NCBI GenBank assembly: GCA_022605425.2
Contig: CM061246.1
Location: forward strand, 1,240,001 to 1,304,000
Length of the DNA: 64,000 nt
Direction: 5' to 3'
Source: Hamiltosporidium tvaerminnensis FI-OER-3-3
Taxonomy: Eukaryota > Fungi > Microsporidia
The notes beneath the pieces were generated by a model. That model was not told where the DNA came from and did no database searches. It saw nothing but the letters and a program-made list of their open reading frames with translations. A program made the translations under genes and the position numbers. How positions within the stretch are numbered: position 1 is the first letter of the stretch; each line of letters opens with the position of its first letter. Positions 23,044-35,473 of the stretch are shown here, piece by piece.

Positions 23044-23735
23044 AGTAGAAAAAAATAATTGAAAAAACACTTTTTTTGAGTGATCATTGAGTAGATTCAA
23101 AGGAATATTTTTGATTGGGTTTTTAGCTGAGAAAAAACACATCAATTTCCGTTTTTCCATGGGAATTTGCATATAAGGAAGAAGTCTATAAAATAGTAAA
23201 AAAGAAATAATAAATTGGTCAAAAACCACAATTATAAATGTTGTGTTTACCACTAAAGAAACTAGAAACATAGCCATGCTCACTCGAAAAACAAGACTCA
23301 GCGCCCATGCGATATATAAAACTCTTGAAAGACCAAAAAATCTATATAGCAAACTATAGCCATCCGGATGATATTGCACAGTCTCGATGGACTCAAGGCT
23401 AGTTGCTGAAATATATCTTAGCGAAAACTTATTCGATTCAAAAACTTTAACGTAAGTAGAAATGTACGTAGTCTTGAAACCTAGAGTGAGATAAAACCCA
23501 CGATCGGGCTTCAGACAACTGATATTAATGAACTTTAGATAATCGCTTCATCATTAAAGAATTTTAAATAGGTTTTAGATAAAAGGCTTTGAGATGTAGG
23601 TATCTAAAGATATACTGATGAGCATAACAAAGCAATTTTGTATATAAACCTAGAACTGCGTTAGAGTCACAAAAAAAATACAACACATGTCATTTTTATA
23701 CAACAAACCGAAATACTTATAGCAAGATTAAATAA
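23044..23735 (+). mobile_element. ~720-nt non-coding family, diverged copy E
   Basis: Shared blocks GCTCACTCG, AAGACTCAGCGCC, GAAATATATCTTAGC, TAGTCTTG, AAAGGCTTTGAGAT, AAACCTAGAACTGCGTTA. Confidence 0.75.
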
Positions 23736-24575
23736 AATAAACTTATTCGAGTAACTTTATAATCATTCGATTCCTCAAATTGTTCATATCGAAAAAACTA
23801 CAAGACCGAAACAAGTCTCATCATTTAAATTTTAATATCCTGTTTTGAATTATCTTCATAGACAAAATCTTTAGTACTGTAATTTTTATCGTTCGTAGTA
23901 AAACCGTTATAGAGGGTTTATGTTTTCTTATTCAAATTAAAGGTTTGAGTCTCAAAAATTTAAAAAGGTTCAATATTTCTCTTGAATAAGATTATTAATT
24001 TTAAATGAAAAAATATTAAAGACAATTTATACGTTAAATATTTTGTAGAAAATACCTGTATATATACATTAATTATTTACAAGAAACCAAAAATCTACAA
24101 AATCATTGTAAATAACCGTTAATAATTAGCTACTTGGTTTAATACAAATATTAAACAGGTTAGTATCGGGTTAATTAACATACAAAAAACAATAATAAAA
24201 ATTTAAACAGAACATATTATTCTCGCAGGTACAAATAGGCACTTAATTCAATAATATTAAAACAAAGAAAATATTTTATATTCCTTACACTTTAAAATTT
24301 ACTTTTACTATAATTATTTATTCTAAGACATATCGTTTTGACAATTAAATGTTTTTCGATTCATAAATATTGATTTCCTTAACTATCAACTCATATTTTG
24401 TGCATATCTCGTTCTTCTTTAAAAAATATTTGTTTTTCGTTAAAAATTTAATTTTCAAATTATTTTCTAATATTTTTTGTATTATTATTATCTTCACGCT
24501 TCAACTTAAACTCATCAAAAAATTATAAAATTTTTACGCCTTAAAAATACAAATGCAACCAAATTAGCCACCCCA

Positions 24576-27500
24576 ATGCAATTCGATGAATATAAAGAAT
24601 ACAAATCAACTTTAAACAACCAAAAAATCTCCATTAATTTCAGATTCAACAAGAAAGTAACCACAGATGATTTAAAATCAGCTTTAAACCACTTTACTTA
24701 TGAAGACCCGTTTTTCATTTTTTTGTTGTTAAAAAATACTCTTTATACGACTGACACACAAATGCTGCAAACAACAGATAAAAATCTCTACCAAATTTTC
24801 TTGGATTCTTTTACACTTCTTCTTAACACACATCTCTATGAAATAATCATCAATGATATTCTTACATTGTCTTTTACCACACCCCTCTGCTATTCTTTAA
24901 AATCTGCTCTTTTAGAAATTTTTATTTCAAATTATTCTTTTCTTCACATCGAAGAATTTACTTCATTAATAGAAACTCTTTCTACAACAATTAAATCCTC
25001 TACATTCAATGAAATCATTAATTATCAAAATGATGAACCATTAATGAATGCAATGCTTGATACATTTTTACTTACACTTTCTCTTATCGCTAAATACCTA
25101 GAAACACGTAAAATACTTGATCTTCCAATCACTAACCATCATTTATATTCATTCTCTTTATCTCTTTATAATGAAATGCTTATGTTACTAAACACATCTA
25201 ATTTTATGGAAAAAGATATCGTTTTTATTTTTATTAATTCTTTTATAATAAATACATTTACAGAAGGCACATGTATTAATCAAATTAAAGATATATTACT
25301 CTCACATAATCTTATGATAGGAGAAGATAGTATGATAGAAATACAGTATCGTATTATTTATACAATGGGATGTCTTTCTCCTAAAGACTTTCTTTACGTT
25401 TTAGACTTAATTTTTACCACTGATTGTATAATTTTTATGGCCAAAAGAAAAGCACATTCTCTAATTAATAGGATTACCAATCTTTTTATTATTACTGAAC
25501 AAGAAAATAATTATAAAACTTATAAAGGATGTAAAAAGAACCACAATATTTTAACAGATGAAGAAAAAGAAGCCAAAGACTATGAAACTATCAAAGAATT
25601 TAAAGAAAAATTAAATTTGAAATTAAAGCAAGAAATATCAAAAGAAATTAAAAATGATGCAAATTATGAAGAAAATGAGAAAACAAAGGAAGAAATAAAA
25701 GAAGAAATTTTTCAAAAAAATGAAAAACAATTTGAGATTCCTTTATGCATAAAAACCAAACTTAAAAATAAAAATTTTACTAAAAAATGCATAAAAACAG
25801 AAAATATAAAAGAAGAATTACTTTTATGCATTTCAAGTCAGAATCTCTTCACAATCTACAGAAAAGCATTTTTTTATATTTCTTCTCTAACGAAATACAA
25901 AAATCTTTACTCACAAAACTTTCTTTACTTCATTTCTTTAAAACCACTGCCATTTCATTTCCCTGAAATAAATAATTTCTTTTTAAAACTTACAACTCAA
26001 ACCTCACCAGAATATTACGCAAATTTCCTTTTAAAAAATGAATTTTCTTTTCCTTTATACACCTTTCTTAACAGTCTTCCACCAGAATATCCTTTAAACT
26101 TTTATTACCACGTTTTTAAAAATTTAAAAAAAGATAATTTACCCGTTACAGACACCCCTTTCAATAACACCCTTTATATACCTACCAAGACAGATTTTCA
26201 CATTTTAGATTTTTTAAATTTTTTTCTAGAAAAAAGAGACAAAATCCTTATTCAGTTACTTAACACCCTTCCATATATTCCACCCTACAAACCCTTTTAT
26301 CCTGTAATTTACGATGTATGGATATTTATTCTAAAACATAATTTTCTTAAAAATATGACCTTCTTTTTTTTAAAAACACCTGCTCTCGTAAAAATGGCAG
26401 ATTCCTTACAACATCCATCTTCTAAATTACAAATCAAAATTCCATTCATTCTTAAGAAAACTCCAAAACCACCTCATCTTACTTTTCTCACGATTCTTTA
26501 TTTTTCAGAAAAAAATAAAATTTCAAATTTTAATTATACAGGTGTTATTGAGTATATCACTGATGATAAGACACTTAGATTTCTCAAAGAAGAAGTTGAA
26601 GAATTGATTGAACAAATACACTTAGAAGAGGGTGTTATTAAAGGGAAATTTAATTTTATTGATAAAGAAGGGTTAGAAGCCTTAGAAAGGGAAAAAGGCT
26701 GTTATACCGTTATTAAAGTGAATAACACAACTACTTATAATAACACCCCTATTAATAACCCTAATATTACTAATACTAGTGATAACACCCCTATTAAAAA
26801 CCCTAATATTACTATTACTAGTGATAACACCCCTATAACTACTACCCTTATAAATAACACCCCTGTTATTACTTTTGCCTTTAATAACCCTTTACCTATG
26901 CCTTTTAATCTTTCATATGCTTACACCCTGTTATCTTTAGGCACAAATACTTCTTCTTATAAGACAACGCTTATAATTTCTTTAAAGATTTTAAAAATAC
27001 TTTTATGTAAAGATAACACCCTGTTATATAATATAAAATTACATATTTATTTTTCTGAGATTTTTAAGACTTTAAAAGCAAGAAATCAATTTAAAGATAC
27101 CGAGGATGTCTTTATTTCTTATCTTAGTTTCTATAAAACCATTTTAAGTGAAATAAGTGGTAATTCACCTATTTTTTATAATTATATAGTGTTATTTATA
27201 GCAGATATAACTCTTTTTGGTAAAGATTATTTAACTCTTGGTTTTACGTCTTTTAAAGATTTATATTCTTACGTTGAAATTACAATGAAAAAAATAGAAG
27301 ACTTTAGTAATGAGGTATGTGAATTAAGGGGTGTTAAGGATAGTAGATATGTATTAGAGGGTGTTAAGGATAGATTTTGTAATTTAAAGGGTGTTAAGGA
27401 TAGTAGGGATGTATTAGAGGGTGTTAAGGATATGGTGTGGGAATTAGAGGGTGTTAACAAGTATAAAGATATACAACAGGGTGTTAACAACTATAAAGAT

Positions 27501-30122
27501 GAACAACAGCGTGTTAATAACTATAAAGATATACAACTGGGTGTTAATAACTATAAAGATATACAACAGGGTGTTAACACTTTAACTAATCAACAGCAGG
27601 GTGTTAACAATATAACTAATCAACAGCAGGGTGTTAACAATATAACTAATCAACAACAGGGTGTTAATTATAGTATTGATGTCACCTCTGATATTTTCTT
27701 TTTAATCGATGTTGTTTATTTAAATCTTTATAATAGTAACACCCTTTTATCAGTAATACAGTTACTTAAGACCCTTTTAGCTACTACCTTTAACTATAAG
27801 ACCCTTTATGTATTAGTACGTATATGTAACACCCTTTATTTACCAAAAAGTATAGTACTTCCTTATCTTAAAAGGGTGTTACGAGTAGATATAGATTTTA
27901 AAATAGACCCCGTTATTTTCAGAAAGCTTTCAATTGAAACCGAAGGTTTCTTTAAATTCTTCTTTGATAATATATGTGTTATTATAGGAGAAAGTATTAC
28001 TAATAATAACACCACTTACAATAACACTAGTAGTCTATGGTATAACAGGTATAGTGGTTATAAGGGTGTTAATACTAGTAATAGAATTATAGAAAGTATA
28101 ACCCTTGATAATTGGTACTCTTATTATAAAAGGTACCCTTTAAATATAAATTTACCAATGACTAATAATAAGACCCCTTTAATTACTAACATAGATTTTG
28201 AAGCCTTATTAAAACATACCGTTAATAATAACACCCTTGATGATAAAGACTTAACCCTTATTTATAATATGTATAGAAGAAAGGGTGTTATTTCCTTTAT
28301 AAGAAATAACAGTAAAATTTTTAATTATTTAAATTATTCAATATTTGTTGATAACAGTATGTCTGTAATGGATTGTATTACTGTTATTTATAGGTCTTTA
28401 AATAGAGAACATATAAAAATAGCTTTAGAAGTATTAAAAACAAAACAAAATATTCGTTTTTATATTCCTCAATTGATTCAAGTGTTAAGAAGAGAAGAAG
28501 TAAGATGTGATGTTTTTATTTTATTGATACATCTGTCTAATAATAATATTTTATGTCATGAACTCCTTTTAAATCTTAAGTGTAATATAAGTGAAGAGAA
28601 TGGAAATAAAAACAATTTACGGGGTGATCATACAAATAAGAGTAATGTGTTTAAGAAATGTATGGATGATCTTATTTTAGGAATTGGTGAGAAAGAGGTG
28701 TTCTTGTATGAAAAACAGGTTAAATTTTATAAAAATTTAAATTCTATTTCTTTCAATGCACGGAATGAAGAAAATAAAAAGGAATTTATTAACAAAGAAT
28801 TGGAGAAGATAGAGATAGGGGGTGTTAATGAAGAGGTGTGGGATATAAAGGGTGTTAGTTATAAGGATATGTTAGAGGGTGTTAATGACAGAGGTAGTAA
28901 AGAAGAGGGTGTTAATGAGAGAGGTAGTAAACAACAGGGTGTTACTTATAAGGATATATTAGAGGGTGTTAATGACATAGTTACTAAAGAAGAGGGTGTT
29001 AGTTATAAGGATATGTTAGAGGGTGTTAACGACATAGGTACTAAAGAAGAGGGTGTTAGTTATAAGGATAGTAGTATAAGTGGTGTTAATAAAGAGGATA
29101 TATTAGAGTGTGTTAATAAAGGGGATACTAAACAAAGGGGTGTTAACAATGTATCAGATATACAACAGGGTGTTAGTATTGAAGGCCTTTATTACTGCTT
29201 TGGTACTGAAGAAATAGTTGATATTGTAAAGGGTAGTGGAAGGGTGTTACAGAGCCATGCTAAGGTTCCTTATATGATAACCCTTAAGTGTATAAATAAA
29301 GCGGGTGTTAGCAATGATGGTGTTATTAAGACCCCTTGTTCTTATATTTATAAAAGGCTTATTGTTAAAGCTGGTGATGACTGTAGACAAGACATGTTGG
29401 CTTTACAATTGATTCAAATTTTTAAACACATTTTTAAGAAGAATAATTTGGATATTTTTTTGTATCCGTATAGAGTTTTATGTACAGATAGTGAGTGTGG
29501 TTTAATAGAAGTTGTAGAAAATGCTATAACACGTGATCAGATTGGAAGAGAAAAAATTAACAGTTTAGTCGATTATTTTGAATTGAAATTTGGTTTTAAA
29601 GAAGGTGAAAGATATTCAAAGGCACTTTATAATTTTGTAAGTTCATTGGTTGGTTATTCTTTGGTAGTTTACTTTTTAAATATTAAAGATAGACATAACG
29701 GTAATATTCTTATAGATGATGATGGATTTATGATTCATATAGATTTTGGGTTTATGTTTGAGACTTCGCCTGGAAATTTAAGTATAGAACTTCCTTTGAA
29801 ATTAACAGCTGAAATATTTATGTTAATGGGTGGTTATGACGGTGTGGCGTTTAAATTTTATAGAGAAATGATGGTTAAAGGATTTGTAGCGTTGAGAAGA
29901 TCTTCTAAGGAAATAATGTATGCTGTTGATTGTTTTAAAGAGAGTGGTCTTGATTGTTATAGGAAAGGAGCAGTGGATAACTTTTATAGTAGATTTATGT
30001 TTGATGTAGGAGATAATGAAATAAAAGAAAATGTTGAGAAAATGATAAATGGGAGTTGTAAGAAGTTTAGGACGTGGATTTATGATAAATATCAGGAAGT
30101 AACGAATAACATAGCATTTTAA
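24576..30122 (+). CDS. STT4: Phosphatidylinositol 4-kinase III alpha (Stt4/PI4KA) with repeat insertions
   Basis: FYIPQLIQVLR, LQSHAKVPY, KAGDDCRQDMLALQ, KDRHNGNIL, HIDFGF, YDKYQEVTNNIAF. Confidence 0.92.
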   Translation: MQFDEYKEYKSTLNNQKISINFRFNKKVTTDDLKSALNHFTYEDPFFIFLLLKNTLYTTDTQMLQTTDKNLYQIFLDSFTLLLNTHLYEIIINDILTLSFTTPLCYSLKSALLEIFISNYSFLHIEEFTSLIETLSTTIKSSTFNEIINYQNDEPLMNAMLDTFLLTLSLIAKYLETRKILDLPITNHHLYSFSLSLYNEMLMLLNTSNFMEKDIVFIFINSFIINTFTEGTCINQIKDILLSHNLMIGEDSMIEIQYRIIYTMGCLSPKDFLYVLDLIFTTDCIIFMAKRKAHSLINRITNLFIITEQENNYKTYKGCKKNHNILTDEEKEAKDYETIKEFKEKLNLKLKQEISKEIKNDANYEENEKTKEEIKEEIFQKNEKQFEIPLCIKTKLKNKNFTKKCIKTENIKEELLLCISSQNLFTIYRKAFFYISSLTKYKNLYSQNFLYFISLKPLPFHFPEINNFFLKLTTQTSPEYYANFLLKNEFSFPLYTFLNSLPPEYPLNFYYHVFKNLKKDNLPVTDTPFNNTLYIPTKTDFHILDFLNFFLEKRDKILIQLLNTLPYIPPYKPFYPVIYDVWIFILKHNFLKNMTFFFLKTPALVKMADSLQHPSSKLQIKIPFILKKTPKPPHLTFLTILYFSEKNKISNFNYTGVIEYITDDKTLRFLKEEVEELIEQIHLEEGVIKGKFNFIDKEGLEALEREKGCYTVIKVNNTTTYNNTPINNPNITNTSDNTPIKNPNITITSDNTPITTTLINNTPVITFAFNNPLPMPFNLSYAYTLLSLGTNTSSYKTTLIISLKILKILLCKDNTLLYNIKLHIYFSEIFKTLKARNQFKDTEDVFISYLSFYKTILSEISGNSPIFYNYIVLFIADITLFGKDYLTLGFTSFKDLYSYVEITMKKIEDFSNEVCELRGVKDSRYVLEGVKDRFCNLKGVKDSRDVLEGVKDMVWELEGVNKYKDIQQGVNNYKDEQQRVNNYKDIQLGVNNYKDIQQGVNTLTNQQQGVNNITNQQQGVNNITNQQQGVNYSIDVTSDIFFLIDVVYLNLYNSNTLLSVIQLLKTLLATTFNYKTLYVLVRICNTLYLPKSIVLPYLKRVLRVDIDFKIDPVIFRKLSIETEGFFKFFFDNICVIIGESITNNNTTYNNTSSLWYNRYSGYKGVNTSNRIIESITLDNWYSYYKRYPLNINLPMTNNKTPLITNIDFEALLKHTVNNNTLDDKDLTLIYNMYRRKGVISFIRNNSKIFNYLNYSIFVDNSMSVMDCITVIYRSLNREHIKIALEVLKTKQNIRFYIPQLIQVLRREEVRCDVFILLIHLSNNNILCHELLLNLKCNISEENGNKNNLRGDHTNKSNVFKKCMDDLILGIGEKEVFLYEKQVKFYKNLNSISFNARNEENKKEFINKELEKIEIGGVNEEVWDIKGVSYKDMLEGVNDRGSKEEGVNERGSKQQGVTYKDILEGVNDIVTKEEGVSYKDMLEGVNDIGTKEEGVSYKDSSISGVNKEDILECVNKGDTKQRGVNNVSDIQQGVSIEGLYYCFGTEEIVDIVKGSGRVLQSHAKVPYMITLKCINKAGVSNDGVIKTPCSYIYKRLIVKAGDDCRQDMLALQLIQIFKHIFKKNNLDIFLYPYRVLCTDSECGLIEVVENAITRDQIGREKINSLVDYFELKFGFKEGERYSKALYNFVSSLVGYSLVVYFLNIKDRHNGNILIDDDGFMIHIDFGFMFETSPGNLSIELPLKLTAEIFMLMGGYDGVAFKFYREMMVKGFVALRRSSKEIMYAVDCFKESGLDCYRKGAVDNFYSRFMFDVGDNEIKENVEKMINGSCKKFRTWIYDKYQEVTNNIAF
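26140..29340. repeat. GGGTGTTA/TAACACCC motif field, including ~30-bp minisatellites (26740-26870, 27327-27667, 28817-29175)
   Basis: About 31 GGTGTTA and 11 TAACACC counted by eye. Spacing within arrays is 30, 27 or 42 bp. Confidence 0.9.
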
Positions 30123-32531
30123 TATTTTTTGTGTATAAATAAGGAAGAATGGTAGTCTATTTTGTTAAATTGTGTATTGGTGGCTGTTGGTTAGTAAAAG
30201 TAATCTTTGTATTTTTTGGGTTTCTTATTTTCATAAAAAAGTATAAATTAATGTCTTTAAAACAAATTAGAAGTCATTCTGTTCATGAAAATATTTGAGA
30301 ATGTAAAAATGAGAGTTAATCTATGAACAAAAAACAAATTAAAATTTTAAGAACAAAACTGGTATTTATTTTAAGAATTAAAATAGTTAAAAAGCACCTG
30401 TAAAAGTAGAAATTATTCAAATGAGATTTATTTCAGTTTCAGATATTGAAAAACCAAGAGAAATTCCCCGCGGGTCTGTTGAAGCTTATGTAGATTAAAT
30501 AAGATACAGTGATACTTTGGCATAAATAAATTCCGCATTTAATTGTCTTAATTAAGATAGAATATTCGATATAAAAGAAAATAAACCTCAAAATAAGGTG
30601 ATGAATACGATAAAATGTCTACCAAAATATCATTTTGAAGATTCAATTACCCAAAAAATTTGAGTGTAGGCAAAATTTAATGTAGAAATATTGTGAAAAA
30701 TGTAATGGCATATAGAAGTTTGGCCTCATTACCACACATTTATAAAGCAGATCAGCACAATTAAGCAGCGTATAAATACTAAACTTTTTGTTGAAAATAC
30801 ATTTTATATTTAAAACATGAGTTATTTAGAAAATCGAATTAAATATAAGGAGCACTGTAGCTAAGAACTTTAATTGGATAGGAATATAGCAATCTACGAC
30901 ATTTTACAACTATTCTCTGATAAAAAAAATGGTTTTGGAAAGTAAATTAACGAACTCTCTTTCGAATTAAAATAGGATATATTACACAAAGGCTCGGTAT
31001 AACACTTAATGGTGCAAATTTAAACAAATTAAACCAATTATTTTCTGTGCAGAAACTTCGAAGGACTGAATGTTTATATGAGTGTTTATATTTCGCTATA
31101 AAGGATCGGATAGAAGAAAAATAAATCAATGTTCTAACTGTAACTGCATCTAGAAAACGATCATGGTAATTTAAGATGAGTTACTAAAGATAAACAATAT
31201 CCATATATATAGGCTTTACTTATAATGCAAGTCAGGCGATTCATTAATTTACCAAACGCCAATGAAATCGTAAAAAGTATTGTTTCAAAACAGATTGAAC
31301 TAGTTAATTCGAAAAAAAATACAATCATGATAAAAAAAATGTACAACGTTTACTGATTTCTATGTTTCATTTCGAAGAAATTGTAGCTGAAAAAAATACA
31401 GAATATATGATAAAAAAAAATTAGTGTTAAACATCAACTTTTATCAACCACACCACATGAAAATATTTGTTCAAATATGCACTCATATATGAATTAATAC
31501 ATGGTGTACATAAAACAGAAAATTACATTTCCTGAATAGATATTTGTATTATTTCAAATGAATTAAGAACTCAAATTATGTATCTTTTTTATTTTATTCC
31601 AATGCTTTATTTTGATAAAATAATAGATGGAAATAAGGGTATTACAATCATTTCACAGTTGATTTCCATTAAATTTTTAGATTTGAGCCCGTATCTGTGA
31701 AAATTCTAATAACTAGATTGACAAGTGCATTTTCAATAAATATTATCAGGTGCAAAATATAATAGAACGTTTTTTATCAAAACCACCTGATATATTTAGA
31801 TGCAATACATCAAAGACCCAGAAGAAAATATTCATAAAATTTAAAAGATTATAAATACACTTTTAATCTTTAAAACAAAAACAAGTCTATATATTGAGCA
31901 GTAAGAAAAATAAGCATTAAAATACCAAAAGCATCAAAATGAACAAATATTTTAGAAAATTAAGTCAAACGAAAATTATAGACAAAACACGGATGGCATA
32001 TTTACAAATAGGATTAAAACAATATAACGTTCTTGGCATTGAATTAATAAATAAATGAAATGCGCAATACATGAAAATATTTTGAGAAAACTATCACCAT
32101 GGTTATTTTAAAGACCCAGACTCGTGTCAAATCGTGTTTTTGATATCAGTCTGAAATATTTTACATTTTCAATGAGTTACTATTCTTTAGTTATAAGAAA
32201 ATGGAGTTGCATGGATTTTATTAAATTGTTTTTATACAAAATGATAACTTTGTTTAACACCAAATCCAATACTGTAGTATGTCGTATAATTTCCTTCTAT
32301 TATAAATTATTATAAATTAATAAATTTATGCGGTGGCATGTATTCGAAGTAATATGGTAATTACATCCAAAAAATGTAAAAAGTAAAATGGAACTAAAGT
32401 ACATGTAAACTATAATAAAGATCAAAATTACAAAAACTTTTATTTATGCCTTCTTTTATATATAGTATATAAATAGACACATGACCCAAATACTAAAAAT
32501 AGTCCCAAAACCCCCAATATATAAATAATTT

Positions 32532-33757
32532 TTATCTTGTTGATTCTATGCCTTGTTCACTGCTTTTTTTATGTTTTGAATCTAATATTGAAAATATTTT
32601 TTTTAGCTCGTTAAAATAACTAAAAGCTAGATGCTGTATAGGTATCACCTCATTTCCCACAATCGCTCTAAAACCTAGTAGTCCATAGGCTCGTTGTTCG
32701 GCCTCTTCTTGATTGGCGGTTTTTTTTAGTAAAAGTTTTTCGTTTGAGTTTAGCTTAAATCTAGAAAACTCTCTTTTATTTTTTGAACTACAACAATGTA
32801 ATTCAAAACTATATTTTGGGTCCTCGTAGTAGACTACTCTATCGTGCAATTTTATTTTAGTGTTATTATCAGAGATTTCAAAATTTTTTGTGCTATTAAA
32901 ACAAAATACAAAGTCATATAAAGGATTAAAAATAGGATGTATTAGGGCTAAATCTGCTAAAATACGATTTTTGGGATCAGACATCAAACACTGTTCGAAA
33001 AAATCATTCACTTTATCATCTTTAAGGGTAATACCATTTATATATTTCTGCGAACTATAGCCAAAACTATAAATATCAGCAATAGAACTACAACTTTGTC
33101 CATTTCTAATTTCAGGTGCAATATACAAATATTTTTTATGATTGTTCTTTCCATTTTTAATATCTTTATCTGAAAATAATCTCTTTTGCTTTTTTTCGAA
33201 TACTGCCTGTCCAAAATCGATCGCTTTAATTTTTAAGTTTTCAGCAAGCATCATATTGTCAAATTTAAAATCTCCAATTACTATTTTTTGAACTCGTAAG
33301 AAATTTAACACATCTAGCATTTGTTTCATTATGAGCAAAAAGTTTATAAGTGTTTCTATATTGTTTTTTAAATAATCGAGTAATGTTATGGGAAGATATT
33401 CGAATAAGAGATATTCATAATCCGAATCGTTATAATATCCATAAAACTTTACGATATTCTCATGCCTTAGGTAGCTCTCAAATAGTTGTACAATAAAACA
33501 GAAATCGTTAGCTACATTTTTTTCTTGTACTTTTAATGCAAATCTTTCCTCAGTTTGAATATCTTTAACCAAAAAAACACTGCCTTCAACGCCTTTCCCT
33601 AGAAATCTTATAGCTTTATATTTTTTCACAATACCATCTTTATTAAAAGCAATAGGATTCGGTAAACTAGAAATAGAAATAGTCTAACTGCATATTAACA
33701 ATTTGAAGTATAAACAAATTATATATAAGCTAATAAACTTTGTTTTTTCAAATACAT
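32532..33757 (-). pseudogene. Ser/Thr kinase-like gene with a disrupted signal-peptide N-terminus
   Basis: LGKGVEGSV, ALK, GDFKFDN, DFG, APE, DIYSFG in 32532-33629. In-frame TAG at 33684-33686 and an out-of-frame ATG at 33757. Confidence 0.75.
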
Positions 33758-35473
33758 ACGGCGGTTATGTGAAGAAAAACTTTATGATTATCAATAGCCA
33801 ATTAAAAACAAAAACGACTTATAGAAACAGCAAATGATACTAAAATATTATAAAATCATTCTATTTATTTTTTTTAAAAATTAATTACCATTTTTGACGT
33901 TTCGAATCGTTCTTTTTTTTCAAACTATAATTTTTTAAAGCTTCTAAGATTTTAATTAGTATCTTTTTTTAACTCAATTTTTTGCTCAGACTATATTGTT
34001 TTCTATTCAAAGAATTTCTTCCCTCTCCCTTTTGAAAATATCTCCAAATATTAGTAAAGTGTAAGCTAAATAATTTTTTTTAGGGATTGAAAAAAACCAA
34101 TAATTCTTCTTGCTCCAGGGGATTTACATCAGGTATCCATATACATTCATTTAACCTTTGTATAAAAATATTTAACAAAAGAATTTTAGCAATTCAACTA
34201 ATACAGGATTTGCAATTTCTTTGCCGCTAATAATAATTCCTACGAATTTTGTTTTCTAAACAAATTACTGAAGAAGGAGTTTAAATATTAAATTTTTATG
34301 CGGTTAATAATTTCCATTGATCTCCTCAAGAAATTTAGACGCCTATATTGACTCATTATCGTAATTTTGATTTTTGTATGTAATTTCGTGAGTTTATGAT
34401 AATAGAATTTTTTTAGAAAATATATGGACGGAGTTAAATTTAATTACACAATAAGTCATTTTTTGGGTTTCCTTGTCTTTCTATGCTAATAGTGATTGTT
34501 ACAAGATCCGCTAATATTTTGATAAGTTTCTGAAATTAACTGAAAATATTTATACTCTTACAAAACCAAATATGCTTAGTTTTTCATGAAAAATATCAAA
34601 TGATACTTTTGCTGTGTTTTTTTTGTAAGCTAAATTGTCCTGTTGTAAAAAAAACCAGCTTGAGGTCGAAGTATCATAATCAGACTACAAAATATTGCAA
34701 AATTCGATTCAAATCGTTTCAGAAATGATCATAAAAGATTTAGATTTGATGTTTTTATCTGATGCTATCAAATAACATATGTTTTATAACTGTTTATTTT
34801 GCTGTGTATTATAGTTTTTTTGCAAAAAAACAGCCCTTAAATACAAAATAGTAATATGAAAAGTTCTCCGATTGAAGTCCAATTGAGATAGATTTTCTAT
34901 ATATTAGAATCGATTTATAAATGATTTTTAGTGTAGTAAATTCGGTTGCGGATAAAAAAACATGCGTAATCTTTGTTTTTTTGCTTGTAATATAAAAGAA
35001 TATACCTTAAAACCAATTTTTTATTATTTATAATTTCAGGATATTTTTTAAAGCAAGCAGACAATGTTTTAGACACATTATTTTTTTCTTAAATCAAAGA
35101 TAGTCATACCTCTTAAATTCATTTTCATACATTTTTTTTCAACGACAGAAATATTTTAACATAATAAAGGAATTTTAACAAATGCTCAATATCGTTATTA
35201 AATTAAGACGATAAAATATTTAATACTTTTACTTTGAACTTTATACAAATATTTTTTTCATCGAACTTTATTTCTATTTTTCTTGCTTATTCATTGATAT
35301 TAATTTATTTTTTTGATTATGACAATAAATTCCTAACCAAAAAATTTATTTACACATTGCACAGATTTCAAATATGAACGATTAGATAGTATTTTACATT
35401 ATAATACCAAACATATAAAAGATTATCTGTTCGAAAACCCTTCCAAAAATTATGCATAAGTTATCTATAAAAA

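Noticed and set aside
23029-23379. Short ORFs inside the ~720-nt family (also 5509, 16109, 43009)
   Set aside because: Frames and stops are not conserved between copies.
23615-23640. CTGATGAG hammerhead core
   Set aside because: No GAAA and stem II in register. Other copies read CTGATGG.
27327-27667. Regularly spaced repeat resembling a CRISPR array
   Set aside because: The core is only about 8 bp, the spacers are related to each other, it lies inside a eukaryotic ORF, and there are no cas genes.
30290-32320. Coding-like decayed sequence (also ~33900-35330 and ~39900-42300), possibly LRR-family relics
   Set aside because: No frame or motif could be reconstructed by eye. TBLASTN with the 36626-38974 protein would decide.
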